64,000 nucleotides of DNA from Candidatus Dojkabacteria bacterium (GCA_026415655.1 JAOAGR010000002.1:64094-128093), one strand, 5' to 3'; shown: positions 47,490-57,702, counted from the first letter of the stretch. Numbers and translations: made by a program. Notes: generated by a model from the sequence alone, not told the origin.

Positions 47490-48547
47490 ATCAGAGTTGC
47501 TTTGTTTTTGGCTATAGTAAATAAAGTAAATTTATTATTTACGTAAGTTGGATTTGAAATAGATTTGACGATAATGAAATCATAATTTAAGAGATCCATT
47601 TGTTTTCCGTCAAAATAGAAAGTTTCATCAAGTACGATAGTATTGTTTTTTTCTAGATCTACCTCTCTGGATGATATACAAAAAATGACTGGTGTCTTAA
47701 TTGAAATATTTTGGCATATTTCATTGAGATAATCTGTACTATAAAGGAAATCAGGTCTTGCAAGCAATTTTAGATTTATGAAAGACTGATTGTTTTCTTT
47801 ATCGGTACTATAAGAATTCGATGATGTATTAAATATAAGTAGTAAGTAACCGTTTACCTTATTCCTTTTAGATAATTTCTTCTTTTTTTTATTTTGTTTT
47901 ATCTCAATGTATGATAAATGAGTTTCTAACGTGTAGCTTCTGTTTTTGATCAGCCCGGCATCTATGTAGATATTTTTTTTACTAATTAAATTCGAATCTT
48001 TATAGATAAAAATTTCCAAATATATGTGTGATTTACTGTTTGTCGATAGTTGTTTTGAAGATTTTGTGTAATATTGGCAAAGATTATTTTCAATTACTAA
48101 TCTGTATTCGATATTTATATCAGAATTGATATTTGTAATCTGATCTACACTTTTGATTAGTATTTCTTTTAAATACTCAAAATCAGATTTGTCTATGCTT
48201 TGGTTGTTCTGTTCCGGTTCTTCTATATTGATATAAATATTATTTACATAAACTTGCGATGACTTTTTATAAAATTGATAAATGTTTTCGCTATAAGAAT
48301 AAAGTCTTTGTGACAGATCTGCAAGGTGTGTTCTGTCCGATCTATCGTTTAATACTAAATCTTTGTAAGCTTTTGTTAAACATATTCGTTCTTTTGTTTT
48401 GTGATATGACTTAATAATTCGTTTATTTACTGTATGTAAGCTAAAGTTTTCTATTGATTCTACTTTGATATAGATCTGTTTATTTTGGTTGGATTTAGAA
48501 CAGGTTTTAATTATGTAAGGCTTGTGATTGTCATATTGATATATCAT
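47486..48547 (-). CDS. Hypothetical protein, possibly a strongly eroded TldD-like partner
   Basis: Overlaps the PmbA-like gene by 4 bp; weak N-terminal resemblance (YIKVESIE....VNKRII); no HExxxH. Confidence 0.5.
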   Translation of the reverse strand: MIYQYDNHKPYIIKTCSKSNQNKQIYIKVESIENFSLHTVNKRIIKSYHKTKERICLTKAYKDLVLNDRSDRTHLADLSQRLYSYSENIYQFYKKSSQVYVNNIYINIEEPEQNNQSIDKSDFEYLKEILIKSVDQITNINSDINIEYRLVIENNLCQYYTKSSKQLSTNSKSHIYLEIFIYKDSNLISKKNIYIDAGLIKNRSYTLETHLSYIEIKQNKKKKKLSKRNKVNGYLLLIFNTSSNSYSTDKENNQSFINLKLLARPDFLYSTDYLNEICQNISIKTPVIFCISSREVDLEKNNTIVLDETFYFDGKQMDLLNYDFIIVKSISNPTYVNNKFTLFTIAKNKATLI

Positions 48548-48653
48548 GATTTATGTAATCTTTAATCATCAGATTATACATGGAAAACATATATACCATC
48601 AATGAAACATAGTAATAATAAATAAGTTGTGAAGTTATTTGAATAATTGACTT

Positions 48654-51545
48654 TTATAACCTCTTGCTTAATTCTTTCTGTTCTAATTCCCTTAGAATTG
48701 TTTTTACTATATCACAATTATTCATACGACATGCTATCTGAGTGAAATTGTTATTAAATACATATTCTGCAACCTCATTCGGTTTTTCAAATCCACTGAT
48801 ATCTAAAATAGAATTATCTTTTAAACTATCTCGTTGTGATAGATATGTGACTAGATTCCGCATACCTTCAACAAATTTTGTTGATGCAGTAAGTTTTTCT
48901 ACACCGAGCATGTTCATCTTTAATCTGAATAGATCATAATAGCGTCCGTCAACAAGCATATCATCAACTACTTCATCTAGTCTAAAAACATTTATCATGC
49001 GTGATACATTTGCATAAATAGAAAAAGTTGATGATCTTTTGAGTCCGATTTTATTTAAAGATTGCTTCATCTGAACAATATCTTTTTTATTTCGATAATC
49101 GGGTAAAATAAGTGAAACATTCTTAAATTTTGATCTTATACTATGTATCTGTGACATGTAATTTACTAAAGCTTGACTTTCATAAGGTGGACATATTACT
49201 AATACTTTTTTTTCTAGACCTATTATTTGTAAATTCTGTAAAAGTAAATTTAGACCCACAGGCATATCTTCTGTAAAAGAAAAAATTACACCATCATAAT
49301 TGGCTAGAGAACTATCGATAACTTCATCTATCAAATGAACATATACTTTTGATATTGTGGGAATAAAATCCAAATATTTTTTATATTTTTTAGGAGTATT
49401 AATTTCATGTATATATGTCTCTTCTAAGTCAAAATTAAATTCTTTACTCTGAGTAGATATTGTATTAAGCTCATAATTGATAGAATCAATTGCTGTTGTT
49501 GCATGTTGTGGATTAACTTCGCTACTTGTTCTAACTAGCTTCTGCAAACTATTGGCCCATAGTTTCGTTTGATCAGATTCGCTGATTCCTTGTACTGCAT
49601 CTAAACTATTATTATTTCCAATATTTTGTGGATCTTTATCTTCAGTTACATAGCTTAATATACTTTCTAAGATACTTTGTTTATCTTCTTTATTTGTTTC
49701 TGCTATATAAATAGAGCTTTCAGAAATATCTGACTTGACATCCGCCTGAATGATATATTCTTTTTCAGGTTCTACTGGTATAGATAGCGATTCACCTTCT
49801 ATACCTTCATTTGTTTGTTTTTCTAATTGGATGGTTAAATCAATCTGGTTTTCTGTGTTCTCTTCTTCAAATGATGCCTGTGATGAAGCTGAGTTATCAA
49901 TAGCTACATTCAAACTTCCAGTATCTGATTCCTCGGTATTTGTTGATAAATTCATTTTTTGGTTATCATTTGCGTTCGGATCAGAAACAAATATACTGCC
50001 ATTGTTAGGATCAATTTTTATTGGTTCTCCTTCTTTTAATAGTCTATTTGCCAAAGGGGCACCGGTAATAACAGGAACTTTAAAGTGTTCATAAAGCCTT
50101 ATTGCTAGTATCTCTGATGGTTCTACTATTATAAAGCCTTTGACTTTTAGATCGGCTCTGATATCTTCAAAACCTTCAAGAATCAAAATACTATCTTCGC
50201 TTGGAGATTCATAATTAAATGTTGCTTTTCCGATAACTGTTGAGTTTCCTCTATAATATTGCCCTTCTATAAGAGGACGTGTTTTGAACACTATGCTGTC
50301 GTTCATATGATTATAGATTACATTTTTTTGGGATTCTTTTCTAGTATTGTTTTCGATTGCGAGATTTTGTGTTGCATTTTTCTCTACCAATGAAATATTT
50401 TCATCAGCATTGATGGCCATATTACTATCTTGTATGGCTGGTAAAACCATCTGAAGAGAAATCTCAGGTTGTTCCGCTGGAGATGTAAATTTATCTTCAT
50501 TTATTTGGGCTAGAAATTCGCTATGTTTTGAACTTAATGTGTGATCTTCTAGTGGTTTAGCTATGGGATTAATTTCGTTTTGGATATATGTAATAGCCAC
50601 ATCTTTTTCTGGTTCTTTTTCAATCTCATCTATTTGAAGATCATTAGGTTCCTTGGGTGTTTGATTACTGACTTCTATTTCTATTTTGTTTATTTCATCG
50701 TCAAAAATAATATCTTCCGTTTTCTTCTTCGGAATGTAATCTATTTGATTGATGTAGTATATCCACATCTTGCCATTATCAAGCATCCAATGTATTTCGT
50801 AATCATTTTGTAGCTCTTCTGATATGATTTTTATAGTTTTAGTTAATGATTTGATGTGTTTATCATCTATTTTCTGTTTTTTTTGCCATGCGACGGAGAC
50901 TTCTATTTGTTTATATGGTAAAGCATCATGCCCACGAATGTACATGAATTTTTGTTCCGTTATGTGCTTTTCAAGAATTTTCTCACTTTCTTTATCTACA
51001 ATATAAGTATCATATTCGATATTTAAATTATTCACAGGTATTCCATAAGCTGCCTCTATAAGTATTGACTCATCAGAGTTATTCAATACATTCTTAGAAA
51101 AAGCATATCCAAATGAATCACAATTATTTGATTTCAATATAAGAATGTTAATTGTTACATCCGAACAACGTTTCAAAACATCTTTTTGCAGGTTATTAAT
51201 AATATCTTCTATTGAGAAGATGATCTTTTGCACACCTTTTACTTGATATACGCATAGATCTTTTATGATTTGACTATTGTCATTAGATTTTACAAAAACG
51301 AAGATGTTGACATATGATTCAGTTAATCCAGATATTGATTCGTATTGATCAATAACTTCTTTGAGAATCGATTCTTTAACTTTTGAATCAACCTCAGTGG
51401 ATAGTTTTGTTATTCCGCTATGGCTGATTATAAATCCATTTGGTATAGGTAGTAGTTCTTTATACAAATCTGATAACAAAACTACCAAGTCAGTAAAATC
51501 TTCATCTGCTTTGATTTTTTCTTGTAGACTGTATACGTGCTTCAT
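48654..51545 (-). CDS. PEP synthase (PpsA)-like protein with degenerate sites and long acidic insertions
   Basis: LPIPNGFII, IEAAYG...DTYIVDK, EIHW...GKMWI, swivel domain VPVITG...LKEGEPIKIDPNNGSIF, and PTISKVYVHL. Confidence 0.8.
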   Translation of the reverse strand: MKHVYSLQEKIKADEDFTDLVVLLSDLYKELLPIPNGFIISHSGITKLSTEVDSKVKESILKEVIDQYESISGLTESYVNIFVFVKSNDNSQIIKDLCVYQVKGVQKIIFSIEDIINNLQKDVLKRCSDVTINILILKSNNCDSFGYAFSKNVLNNSDESILIEAAYGIPVNNLNIEYDTYIVDKESEKILEKHITEQKFMYIRGHDALPYKQIEVSVAWQKKQKIDDKHIKSLTKTIKIISEELQNDYEIHWMLDNGKMWIYYINQIDYIPKKKTEDIIFDDEINKIEIEVSNQTPKEPNDLQIDEIEKEPEKDVAITYIQNEINPIAKPLEDHTLSSKHSEFLAQINEDKFTSPAEQPEISLQMVLPAIQDSNMAINADENISLVEKNATQNLAIENNTRKESQKNVIYNHMNDSIVFKTRPLIEGQYYRGNSTVIGKATFNYESPSEDSILILEGFEDIRADLKVKGFIIVEPSEILAIRLYEHFKVPVITGAPLANRLLKEGEPIKIDPNNGSIFVSDPNANDNQKMNLSTNTEESDTGSLNVAIDNSASSQASFEEENTENQIDLTIQLEKQTNEGIEGESLSIPVEPEKEYIIQADVKSDISESSIYIAETNKEDKQSILESILSYVTEDKDPQNIGNNNSLDAVQGISESDQTKLWANSLQKLVRTSSEVNPQHATTAIDSINYELNTISTQSKEFNFDLEETYIHEINTPKKYKKYLDFIPTISKVYVHLIDEVIDSSLANYDGVIFSFTEDMPVGLNLLLQNLQIIGLEKKVLVICPPYESQALVNYMSQIHSIRSKFKNVSLILPDYRNKKDIVQMKQSLNKIGLKRSSTFSIYANVSRMINVFRLDEVVDDMLVDGRYYDLFRLKMNMLGVEKLTASTKFVEGMRNLVTYLSQRDSLKDNSILDISGFEKPNEVAEYVFNNNFTQIACRMNNCDIVKTILRELEQKELSKRL

Positions 51546-51584
51546 TAATTATTTATGTAGCATATTTCGGGGTTGGTCACAAGA

Positions 51585-51611
51585 TTAGCAGACAGTTGCG
51601 TGGTTTGCTAA
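51585..51611. promoter_or_regulatory. CIRCE-like HrcA operator upstream of the second Clp ATPase
   Basis: Near-perfect inverted repeat TTAGCAGAC-N9-GTTTGCTAA. Confidence 0.8.
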
Positions 51612-51644
51612 AAATAACTGTTTGTACTACAATATAAATTAACT

Positions 51645-54089
51645 ATGGAAAATTATTTTAGTAATAGTGCTAAACAGGTTTTACAAGAGGCTGCACAGAT
51701 AGCGGTAGAACGTGGTACAACATATATAGACACGGAGCATATTTTATATGCGGCTGTACAGACTGAAATAAATAGAAAGATATTAGAAGAAATAAATAAA
51801 AATCCAGAAACTATTATTGAATATCTAGATAACAACATGCCTACATTTTCTAGAAGATTTTACGGAACCATTACTGCAGACTTAACGCCACGTGCGAAAC
51901 AAACTCTAAATCTTGCTTTTGAATTCGCAAGGGAATTTGGACATGGATATGTAGGTGTGGAACATATTCTTTTAGGAATTTTGGAAGAGAGCGAAGGTTT
52001 TGGAGCACAAGTTTTAAGAAGGTTTGGTATTACAGTTGAGGACTTAAAAAAAGCAATTAAAAAAGTGCTTGGTGAGGGTAGCAAACAAACTACAAAATCA
52101 GACACTCCTACTCTTGACAAGTATTGTCGAGATGTTACAAAACTAGCGCGAGAGGGTAAAATAGATCCGGTTATTGGGCGTAAAAATGAGATTGAAAGAG
52201 TTACTCAGATTCTTTCACGACGAAGAAAAAACAACCCTGTTCTTATTGGAGAACCCGGAGTTGGAAAAACAGCAATCGTGGAAGGATTAGCATTGAAAAT
52301 TGTTCAGGGGAACGTTCCAGATGTACTGCAGGATAAACGCGTTTTGGCTTTGGATATGGGATTGCTTATTGCTGGAACCAAATATCAAGGTGAATTCGAA
52401 GAAAGAGTAACTAAAATCATAAAAGAGTTACAATCATCTGGCGGAAATATAATTCTCTTCTTGGATGAATTACACACTATTGTTGGAGCCGGAGCAGCTG
52501 AGGGAAAAACTGATCTATCTAATCTTCTCAAACCCGCATTAGCAAGGGGAGAATTGCAAGCCATCGGTGCAACGACATTAATAGAATATAAAAAGTATAT
52601 AGAAAAAGATCCAGCGCTAGAAAGGAGATTTCAACCTGTTATTGTCTTGGAACCAACAGTCGAAGATGCAATACAAATATTAAAGGGATTAAGAGATAAA
52701 TACGAAGCACATCATAAAATTCAGATTTCTGATGAAGCAATAGAAGCCGCTGTAAATTTAAGCGTCAAATATATAAGTGACAGGTTTTTACCCGATAAAG
52801 CCTTAGATGTACTTGATGAAGCGGCATCAATGCTTAGACTTAAAACTATAAATGAGCCTGAACCGATTAGAAATATAAAACAAAAAATATCTGATTTAGA
52901 AAGGGAGAGAGAAGCCTTAACGCGTTCTAGAGAGTATGAAAAAGCAGCATTAGTGAAACAAGAAATTGAAAAATTGAAGGGTGAACTTCAACCATTAGAG
53001 GAAGAGTGGTTGAAAACAAGGGGTACCGGTACCCCAATATTAGGCGTAAATGAAATTGCAGAAGTAGTCTCAAATATGACCGGTATACCAGCAAATAAGA
53101 TTAATAAACAGGAAAAAGAGATACTAGCAAATTTAGAACAACTTTTACATAAGCGTGTTGTTGGGCAGGACAAAGCAGTAAGTGCTGTTGCCGATGCCGT
53201 ACGTAGATCTAGATTAGGTTTATCTGATGAAAAAAGGCCAATTGCATCATTTCTATTTGTTGGACCTACCGGTGTTGGAAAAACAGAACTGGCAAAAGCT
53301 CTTGCCGAAAATTTGTTTGGGCATGAGTCAAATCTCATACGTATAGATATGAGTGAATATATGGAGAAACATTCTGTTGCTCGTTTGATTGGTGCTCCGC
53401 CAGGTTATGTTGGTTATGAGGAAGGTGGACAGTTAACGGAAAAGGTGAGACGTAAGCCGTATTCTGTCATATTGTTAGACGAGATAGAAAAGGCACATCC
53501 TGATGTGGCCAATATACTTTTACAAATTTTAGAAGATGGACGTTTAACCGATGGACATGGGAGAACGGTTAATTTTAGAAATACCATAATTATTGCTACT
53601 TCAAATATCGCTTCAAATCAAATTTTTGAATACTATGAGAAGCAAATGAAAAACAGTAATGAAAAACCAGAAAGTACTATTTTGAAATTTAAAGAGAATG
53701 AAGAAGATAAGAAGGATATTGAGTCTGTTGTAATTAATGCTTTGAAAAATGTTTTTCGTGTTGAATTGATAAATAGGTTTGATGATATCATCATCTTTGA
53801 ACCACTTAGTAAAGACATAATAAACCAAATTGTCAGACTACATCTTGATAGATTAGTAGAAAAATTGGCAAGAAATGAAATAAAACTGTCTTATTCAGCT
53901 GAGATTGTTGAATATATAGCTGATAAGAGTTACAATCCGCGATTTGGTGCAAGAGAAGTCCGTAGATTTATACAAAAAAATGTGGAAAATCTGATTTCTA
54001 ACTATTTGATATCCCAAGACTCGAATATAAATCTAGATCTAAGTTTGACAATTGAAAACGATCAGATAAATGTAGTACCAAAAAATTAA
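51645..54089 (+). CDS. Clp/Hsp100 AAA+ ATPase (ClpC-like, no IGF/VGF loop)
   Basis: Double Clp-N domain, [34 protein letters not shown] and LDEIEKA. Confidence 0.92.
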   Translation: MENYFSNSAKQVLQEAAQIAVERGTTYIDTEHILYAAVQTEINRKILEEINKNPETIIEYLDNNMPTFSRRFYGTITADLTPRAKQTLNLAFEFAREFGHGYVGVEHILLGILEESEGFGAQVLRRFGITVEDLKKAIKKVLGEGSKQTTKSDTPTLDKYCRDVTKLAREGKIDPVIGRKNEIERVTQILSRRRKNNPVLIGEPGVGKTAIVEGLALKIVQGNVPDVLQDKRVLALDMGLLIAGTKYQGEFEERVTKIIKELQSSGGNIILFLDELHTIVGAGAAEGKTDLSNLLKPALARGELQAIGATTLIEYKKYIEKDPALERRFQPVIVLEPTVEDAIQILKGLRDKYEAHHKIQISDEAIEAAVNLSVKYISDRFLPDKALDVLDEAASMLRLKTINEPEPIRNIKQKISDLEREREALTRSREYEKAALVKQEIEKLKGELQPLEEEWLKTRGTGTPILGVNEIAEVVSNMTGIPANKINKQEKEILANLEQLLHKRVVGQDKAVSAVADAVRRSRLGLSDEKRPIASFLFVGPTGVGKTELAKALAENLFGHESNLIRIDMSEYMEKHSVARLIGAPPGYVGYEEGGQLTEKVRRKPYSVILLDEIEKAHPDVANILLQILEDGRLTDGHGRTVNFRNTIIIATSNIASNQIFEYYEKQMKNSNEKPESTILKFKENEEDKKDIESVVINALKNVFRVELINRFDDIIIFEPLSKDIINQIVRLHLDRLVEKLARNEIKLSYSAEIVEYIADKSYNPRFGAREVRRFIQKNVENLISNYLISQDSNINLDLSLTIENDQINVVPKN

Positions 54090-54103
54090 TTGTAGTTCTT
54101 GTA

Positions 54104-54128
54104 TGCAATTTCGTATTACGAAGTTGTA
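54104..54128 (+). terminator. Hairpin just downstream of the clp stop codon (possible terminator or stability element)
   Basis: TGCAATTTCGT-ATT-ACGAAGTTGTA; 11-bp stem with two G-U pairs; no U-tract. Confidence 0.35.
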
Positions 54129-54302
54129 AATTGAATGATTCATTTGAGAATTTATCATACTGTCAAAGAAAGTTGTAGATAAATTTTTGCTCATCAATTT
54201 TTGCAAGGAGGTTGGATTCTTATGTATTTTGATCTGATCAAATATTGAAACTGAATTTATTTTAATTTACTCTATTGATAAATTTACTATAATATCTCTA
54301 TC

Positions 54303-55811
54303 ATGAATGACACAGAATTCATTCCTATTATTGGTCTAGAGATACATGTTCAGCTAAAGACTGCATCAAAACTTTTTTGCTCATGTAGCACTGATGAAGC
54401 AGATCCTAATAGCAATGTTTGTGAAATTTGTCTAGCTTATCCTGGATCTATGCCAAGTCTTAATTTGGAAGGTGTGCGTAAATCGATTATGGCTGGTATT
54501 GCTTTAAACAGTCATATAGCAGATATTACTTCATGGGACAGGAAAAGTTATATGTATCCTGATCTTTTTAAGGGTTATCAGATAAGCCAGTATGATAGGC
54601 CTATTTGTTATGATGGTAATGTAGAATTTATAGTTAGGTCTAGAAAAAATTACTACTCATCAGATGCTTATATTAAGCGTATTGGTATTTTTAGAGCTCA
54701 CTTAGAAGAAGATACAGCAAAGTCTACTCACGAAGGGGATTTCACATATATAGATGCTAATAAGGCAGGTATACCTCTTTTAGAAATTGTAACAAAGCCA
54801 GAATTGTATTCTGTGGATGAAGCAGTCAGTTTTGCCAAAAAGGTTAGAGATTTGATGAGATGGTTTGATATATCAGAATGTGATATGGAAAAAGGTCACA
54901 TGCGCTTTGATGCTAATATTTCTATATGTGTGAATAATCCTAATATTAAGTCAAAAAGCTATGAAGAATGGGAAGATATATTGTTTACTCCAATTGTTGA
55001 AATTAAAAATTTAAATTCTTTTGGAAATCTGGAGGCAGCATTAGAATATGAGATAAAAAGGCAAATTGAAGAGTATAAACAAACTGGTAATTTGTATTCG
55101 AAAGGACAAAAAGAAACAAGAGGTTTTGATGCGGATAAAGGAATTACATATATTCAGAGAAAGAAAGAAGAAGCAAATGAATATAGATATATTCCAGAAC
55201 CTGATATTCCATATTTAGAAATAACTCAGGAAGATATAGATCAGATCAAATCTCAAATGGGTATTACGCCATTAGAGGCTGCAGATTCGATTAGATCTGA
55301 TGTACCAAATATTAGTGAATATGTAATAGAGTTGATTTTAGGAGAGAGAAGATTATTTGATATATATATTGACCTAAAACAAGAGACAGGATTGGAACCG
55401 AGGAAATTAATTAATTTGATAACAAACGAACTAAAACCGGATCTTGATCTATTGATTGACCAACAAGATAAGTTATCTGATTGGTTAAATCAAATCATAC
55501 AAGTATTGATTTATTTTAGGGACAATAAAGTTTCACAGAATCAATTAAAAATTATGTTTTCCAAACACCAGGTTGGTGAGACGGATTTTGAAAAATTATT
55601 AAGTGAACTAAAAAATGATGAGGTCGATATCGATTTGCAAAGTATTGTGAATACCGTTGTCGAATCTAATCCTTCTGTCGTAGAGCAGATAAAAGGCGGC
55701 AAAGAATCCGCAAAGATGTTTCTTGTTGGGCAAGTGATGAAGATAACAAAAGGTAAGGCAGATCCAAACGAGATAAAATCATTAATAGATAAAAAGATAA
55801 ATGAAATATAA
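54303..55811 (+). CDS. gatB: Asp/Glu-tRNA amidotransferase subunit B
   Basis: IGLEIHVQL.T.SKLFC, YPDL.KGYQISQ, HLEED, VEIKNLNSF, YRYIPEPD and GQVMK motifs. Confidence 0.97.
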   Translation: MNDTEFIPIIGLEIHVQLKTASKLFCSCSTDEADPNSNVCEICLAYPGSMPSLNLEGVRKSIMAGIALNSHIADITSWDRKSYMYPDLFKGYQISQYDRPICYDGNVEFIVRSRKNYYSSDAYIKRIGIFRAHLEEDTAKSTHEGDFTYIDANKAGIPLLEIVTKPELYSVDEAVSFAKKVRDLMRWFDISECDMEKGHMRFDANISICVNNPNIKSKSYEEWEDILFTPIVEIKNLNSFGNLEAALEYEIKRQIEEYKQTGNLYSKGQKETRGFDADKGITYIQRKKEEANEYRYIPEPDIPYLEITQEDIDQIKSQMGITPLEAADSIRSDVPNISEYVIELILGERRLFDIYIDLKQETGLEPRKLINLITNELKPDLDLLIDQQDKLSDWLNQIIQVLIYFRDNKVSQNQLKIMFSKHQVGETDFEKLLSELKNDEVDIDLQSIVNTVVESNPSVVEQIKGGKESAKMFLVGQVMKITKGKADPNEIKSLIDKKINEI

Positions 55812-55815
55812 ATTT

Positions 55816-56343
55816 TTAGATATTTTTAATTTTATTGCTGATTTTGATAAATATTATTAGTGAAAGAACAGCTGACAATCCATAAAATATAATTAATATA
55901 TTGTCATCAAATAGATGATATCCAAATCTTTTCCAAGCATATCCTGGCCAATTTTGTAATATTGCGGGAAGTTGCCATATACATCCTCCTAGAACCTGAC
56001 TTATAGAACCGATTAAAATTGATAGACAAACAAAAATAATAATTTCATAAAAAAGTATCTCAATTTTACGATCTATGAATTTGAATTGATTTTTCTCTTT
56101 GAAATAAAGTAATATAGCCATTAGAATAGGAAAATACCATAAAAATGGAATTATAAGCTTTTCGTGAAACCATTCCCAAGATATCCAATAATCTTTGGAT
56201 AAAAAGAAAAAGTGTGGAAGAATAAATAAATTTGAAATCAACAACAAATAAATAACATAATATTTTAATTTAGAAAACAATATCTTTGTAATATCAATGA
56301 TGTAGTCTAGTATTTTCGCTGTTTTTATAGAATAATACTTCAT
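55816..56343 (-). CDS. Hypothetical membrane protein
   Basis: Multi-TM, Trp-rich ORF; the longer start at 56478 would overlap yidC. Confidence 0.6.
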   Translation of the reverse strand: MKYYSIKTAKILDYIIDITKILFSKLKYYVIYLLLISNLFILPHFFFLSKDYWISWEWFHEKLIIPFLWYFPILMAILLYFKEKNQFKFIDRKIEILFYEIIIFVCLSILIGSISQVLGGCIWQLPAILQNWPGYAWKRFGYHLFDDNILIIFYGLSAVLSLIIFIKISNKIKNI

Positions 56344-56344
56344 T

Positions 56345-57232
56345 ATGTTTGATGTAATTATACTAAATCCGCTAACAAACTTACTTATTGGGTTGTATTT
56401 CCTTTTATGGGAGAACATGGGTTTAGCTATTATTGTGTTTACAATTTTAATAAGATTGTTGTTATTGCCATTAAACATACAGCAGATAAAAACTCAACGT
56501 AAGATTGCCAAATTACAGCCGAAGTTATTGGAATTACAATCCAAAAAGGACCCAAACAAACTTACTCTTGACGACATTAATCTTGTCAAAGAAACAACTG
56601 TTGGTTTTTTTGGGGGGTGTCTATTTCTTATTCTTCAAATACCAGTGTTTTGGGCTTTGAATGTACTTATTCATGATATTTCAAGCGTTAACAGCGATCC
56701 AAATAAGGGAGGAGATTTTTTCAACAATCGAATTTATTTTGACTTTTTGAAAAGAGATCATTCGTATATATTTAATACTAATTTTTTAGGTATTGACTTG
56801 ACTTTAATCCCATCTCAGTTGGATTTTAATCAGTTTTCAACTGTTATCATTATCGTTCTTTCTCTAGTATTTTTATCACAATATTTTTCTTCACTTTTAA
56901 TGTTGCGGATGCAAGATCTAAGTGCCGTATTTAACAAAAACAAAAAAAAGAAAAAGATTAAAAGTAAGGAAGAGCAGGAGCGTGAAGAAATGATCGAAAT
57001 GCAAAAAAAGACTATGAGGTTCCAAATGCTTTATTTGATACCTGGAATGGTTGTATTTGGAGCGTATTATTTTAGCATTGCATTATCATTGTATTGGATT
57101 GTACAGAATATACTTGGAATAATTCAGATAGTGGTTCAGTATTCCTATACAAAAGGTAGAATTGATTATGATAAAATGCAAGAGATATTAGGATATAAAT
57201 TAATAAAAAATTTATGGCAGAAGAAAAACTAA
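56345..57232 (+). CDS. yidC: Membrane protein insertase YidC/Oxa1
   Basis: GLAIIVFTILIRLLLLPL, GGCL.LILQIPV and LSLYWIVQN motifs. Confidence 0.95.
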   Translation: MFDVIILNPLTNLLIGLYFLLWENMGLAIIVFTILIRLLLLPLNIQQIKTQRKIAKLQPKLLELQSKKDPNKLTLDDINLVKETTVGFFGGCLFLILQIPVFWALNVLIHDISSVNSDPNKGGDFFNNRIYFDFLKRDHSYIFNTNFLGIDLTLIPSQLDFNQFSTVIIIVLSLVFLSQYFSSLLMLRMQDLSAVFNKNKKKKKIKSKEEQEREEMIEMQKKTMRFQMLYLIPGMVVFGAYYFSIALSLYWIVQNILGIIQIVVQYSYTKGRIDYDKMQEILGYKLIKNLWQKKN

Positions 57233-57702
57233 ATATAGTTAAGGAAATAATAAGCAGATTTTTACAATCATTATTCGAAGATGATAAGTATCAATATGAG
57301 GTAGAACTCATTTCACAGAATGAAATAAAAATATATATTGGTGGTGAGTATTCAGCTTATTTGATAGGCAAAAAAGGTAATACTTTATTAGCATTACAAC
57401 ATATAATTAGGCAGATCTATATACAAAATACTGGTGATTTTGCAGAGAATGTAAAATTAATTATTGATGTGGATAATTACAAGAGAAAAAGATTAGAAAA
57501 ACTGTATCAAATTGTAGAAAAATATGTAAATGAAAATTCAGATAAAGAAAGGATTGCTTTACCATCAATGAAAGCATCTGACAGAAAAATTATTCATAAC
57601 TATATTGCTCAGAAATATCCTCAGTATACTACTAAAAGTGAAGGAGAAGAACCACGAAGAAGGGTTGTTTTATTCTTGAACAATGCACAAAAGAATCAAT
57701 AA
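57214..57702 (+). CDS. jag: Jag/KhpB (KH + R3H) RNA-binding protein
   Basis: LIGKKGNTL.ALQ, DVDNY, M...DRKIIH and SEGEEPRRRVV motifs; follows yidC. Confidence 0.9.
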   Translation: MAEEKLNIVKEIISRFLQSLFEDDKYQYEVELISQNEIKIYIGGEYSAYLIGKKGNTLLALQHIIRQIYIQNTGDFAENVKLIIDVDNYKRKRLEKLYQIVEKYVNENSDKERIALPSMKASDRKIIHNYIAQKYPQYTTKSEGEEPRRRVVLFLNNAQKNQ

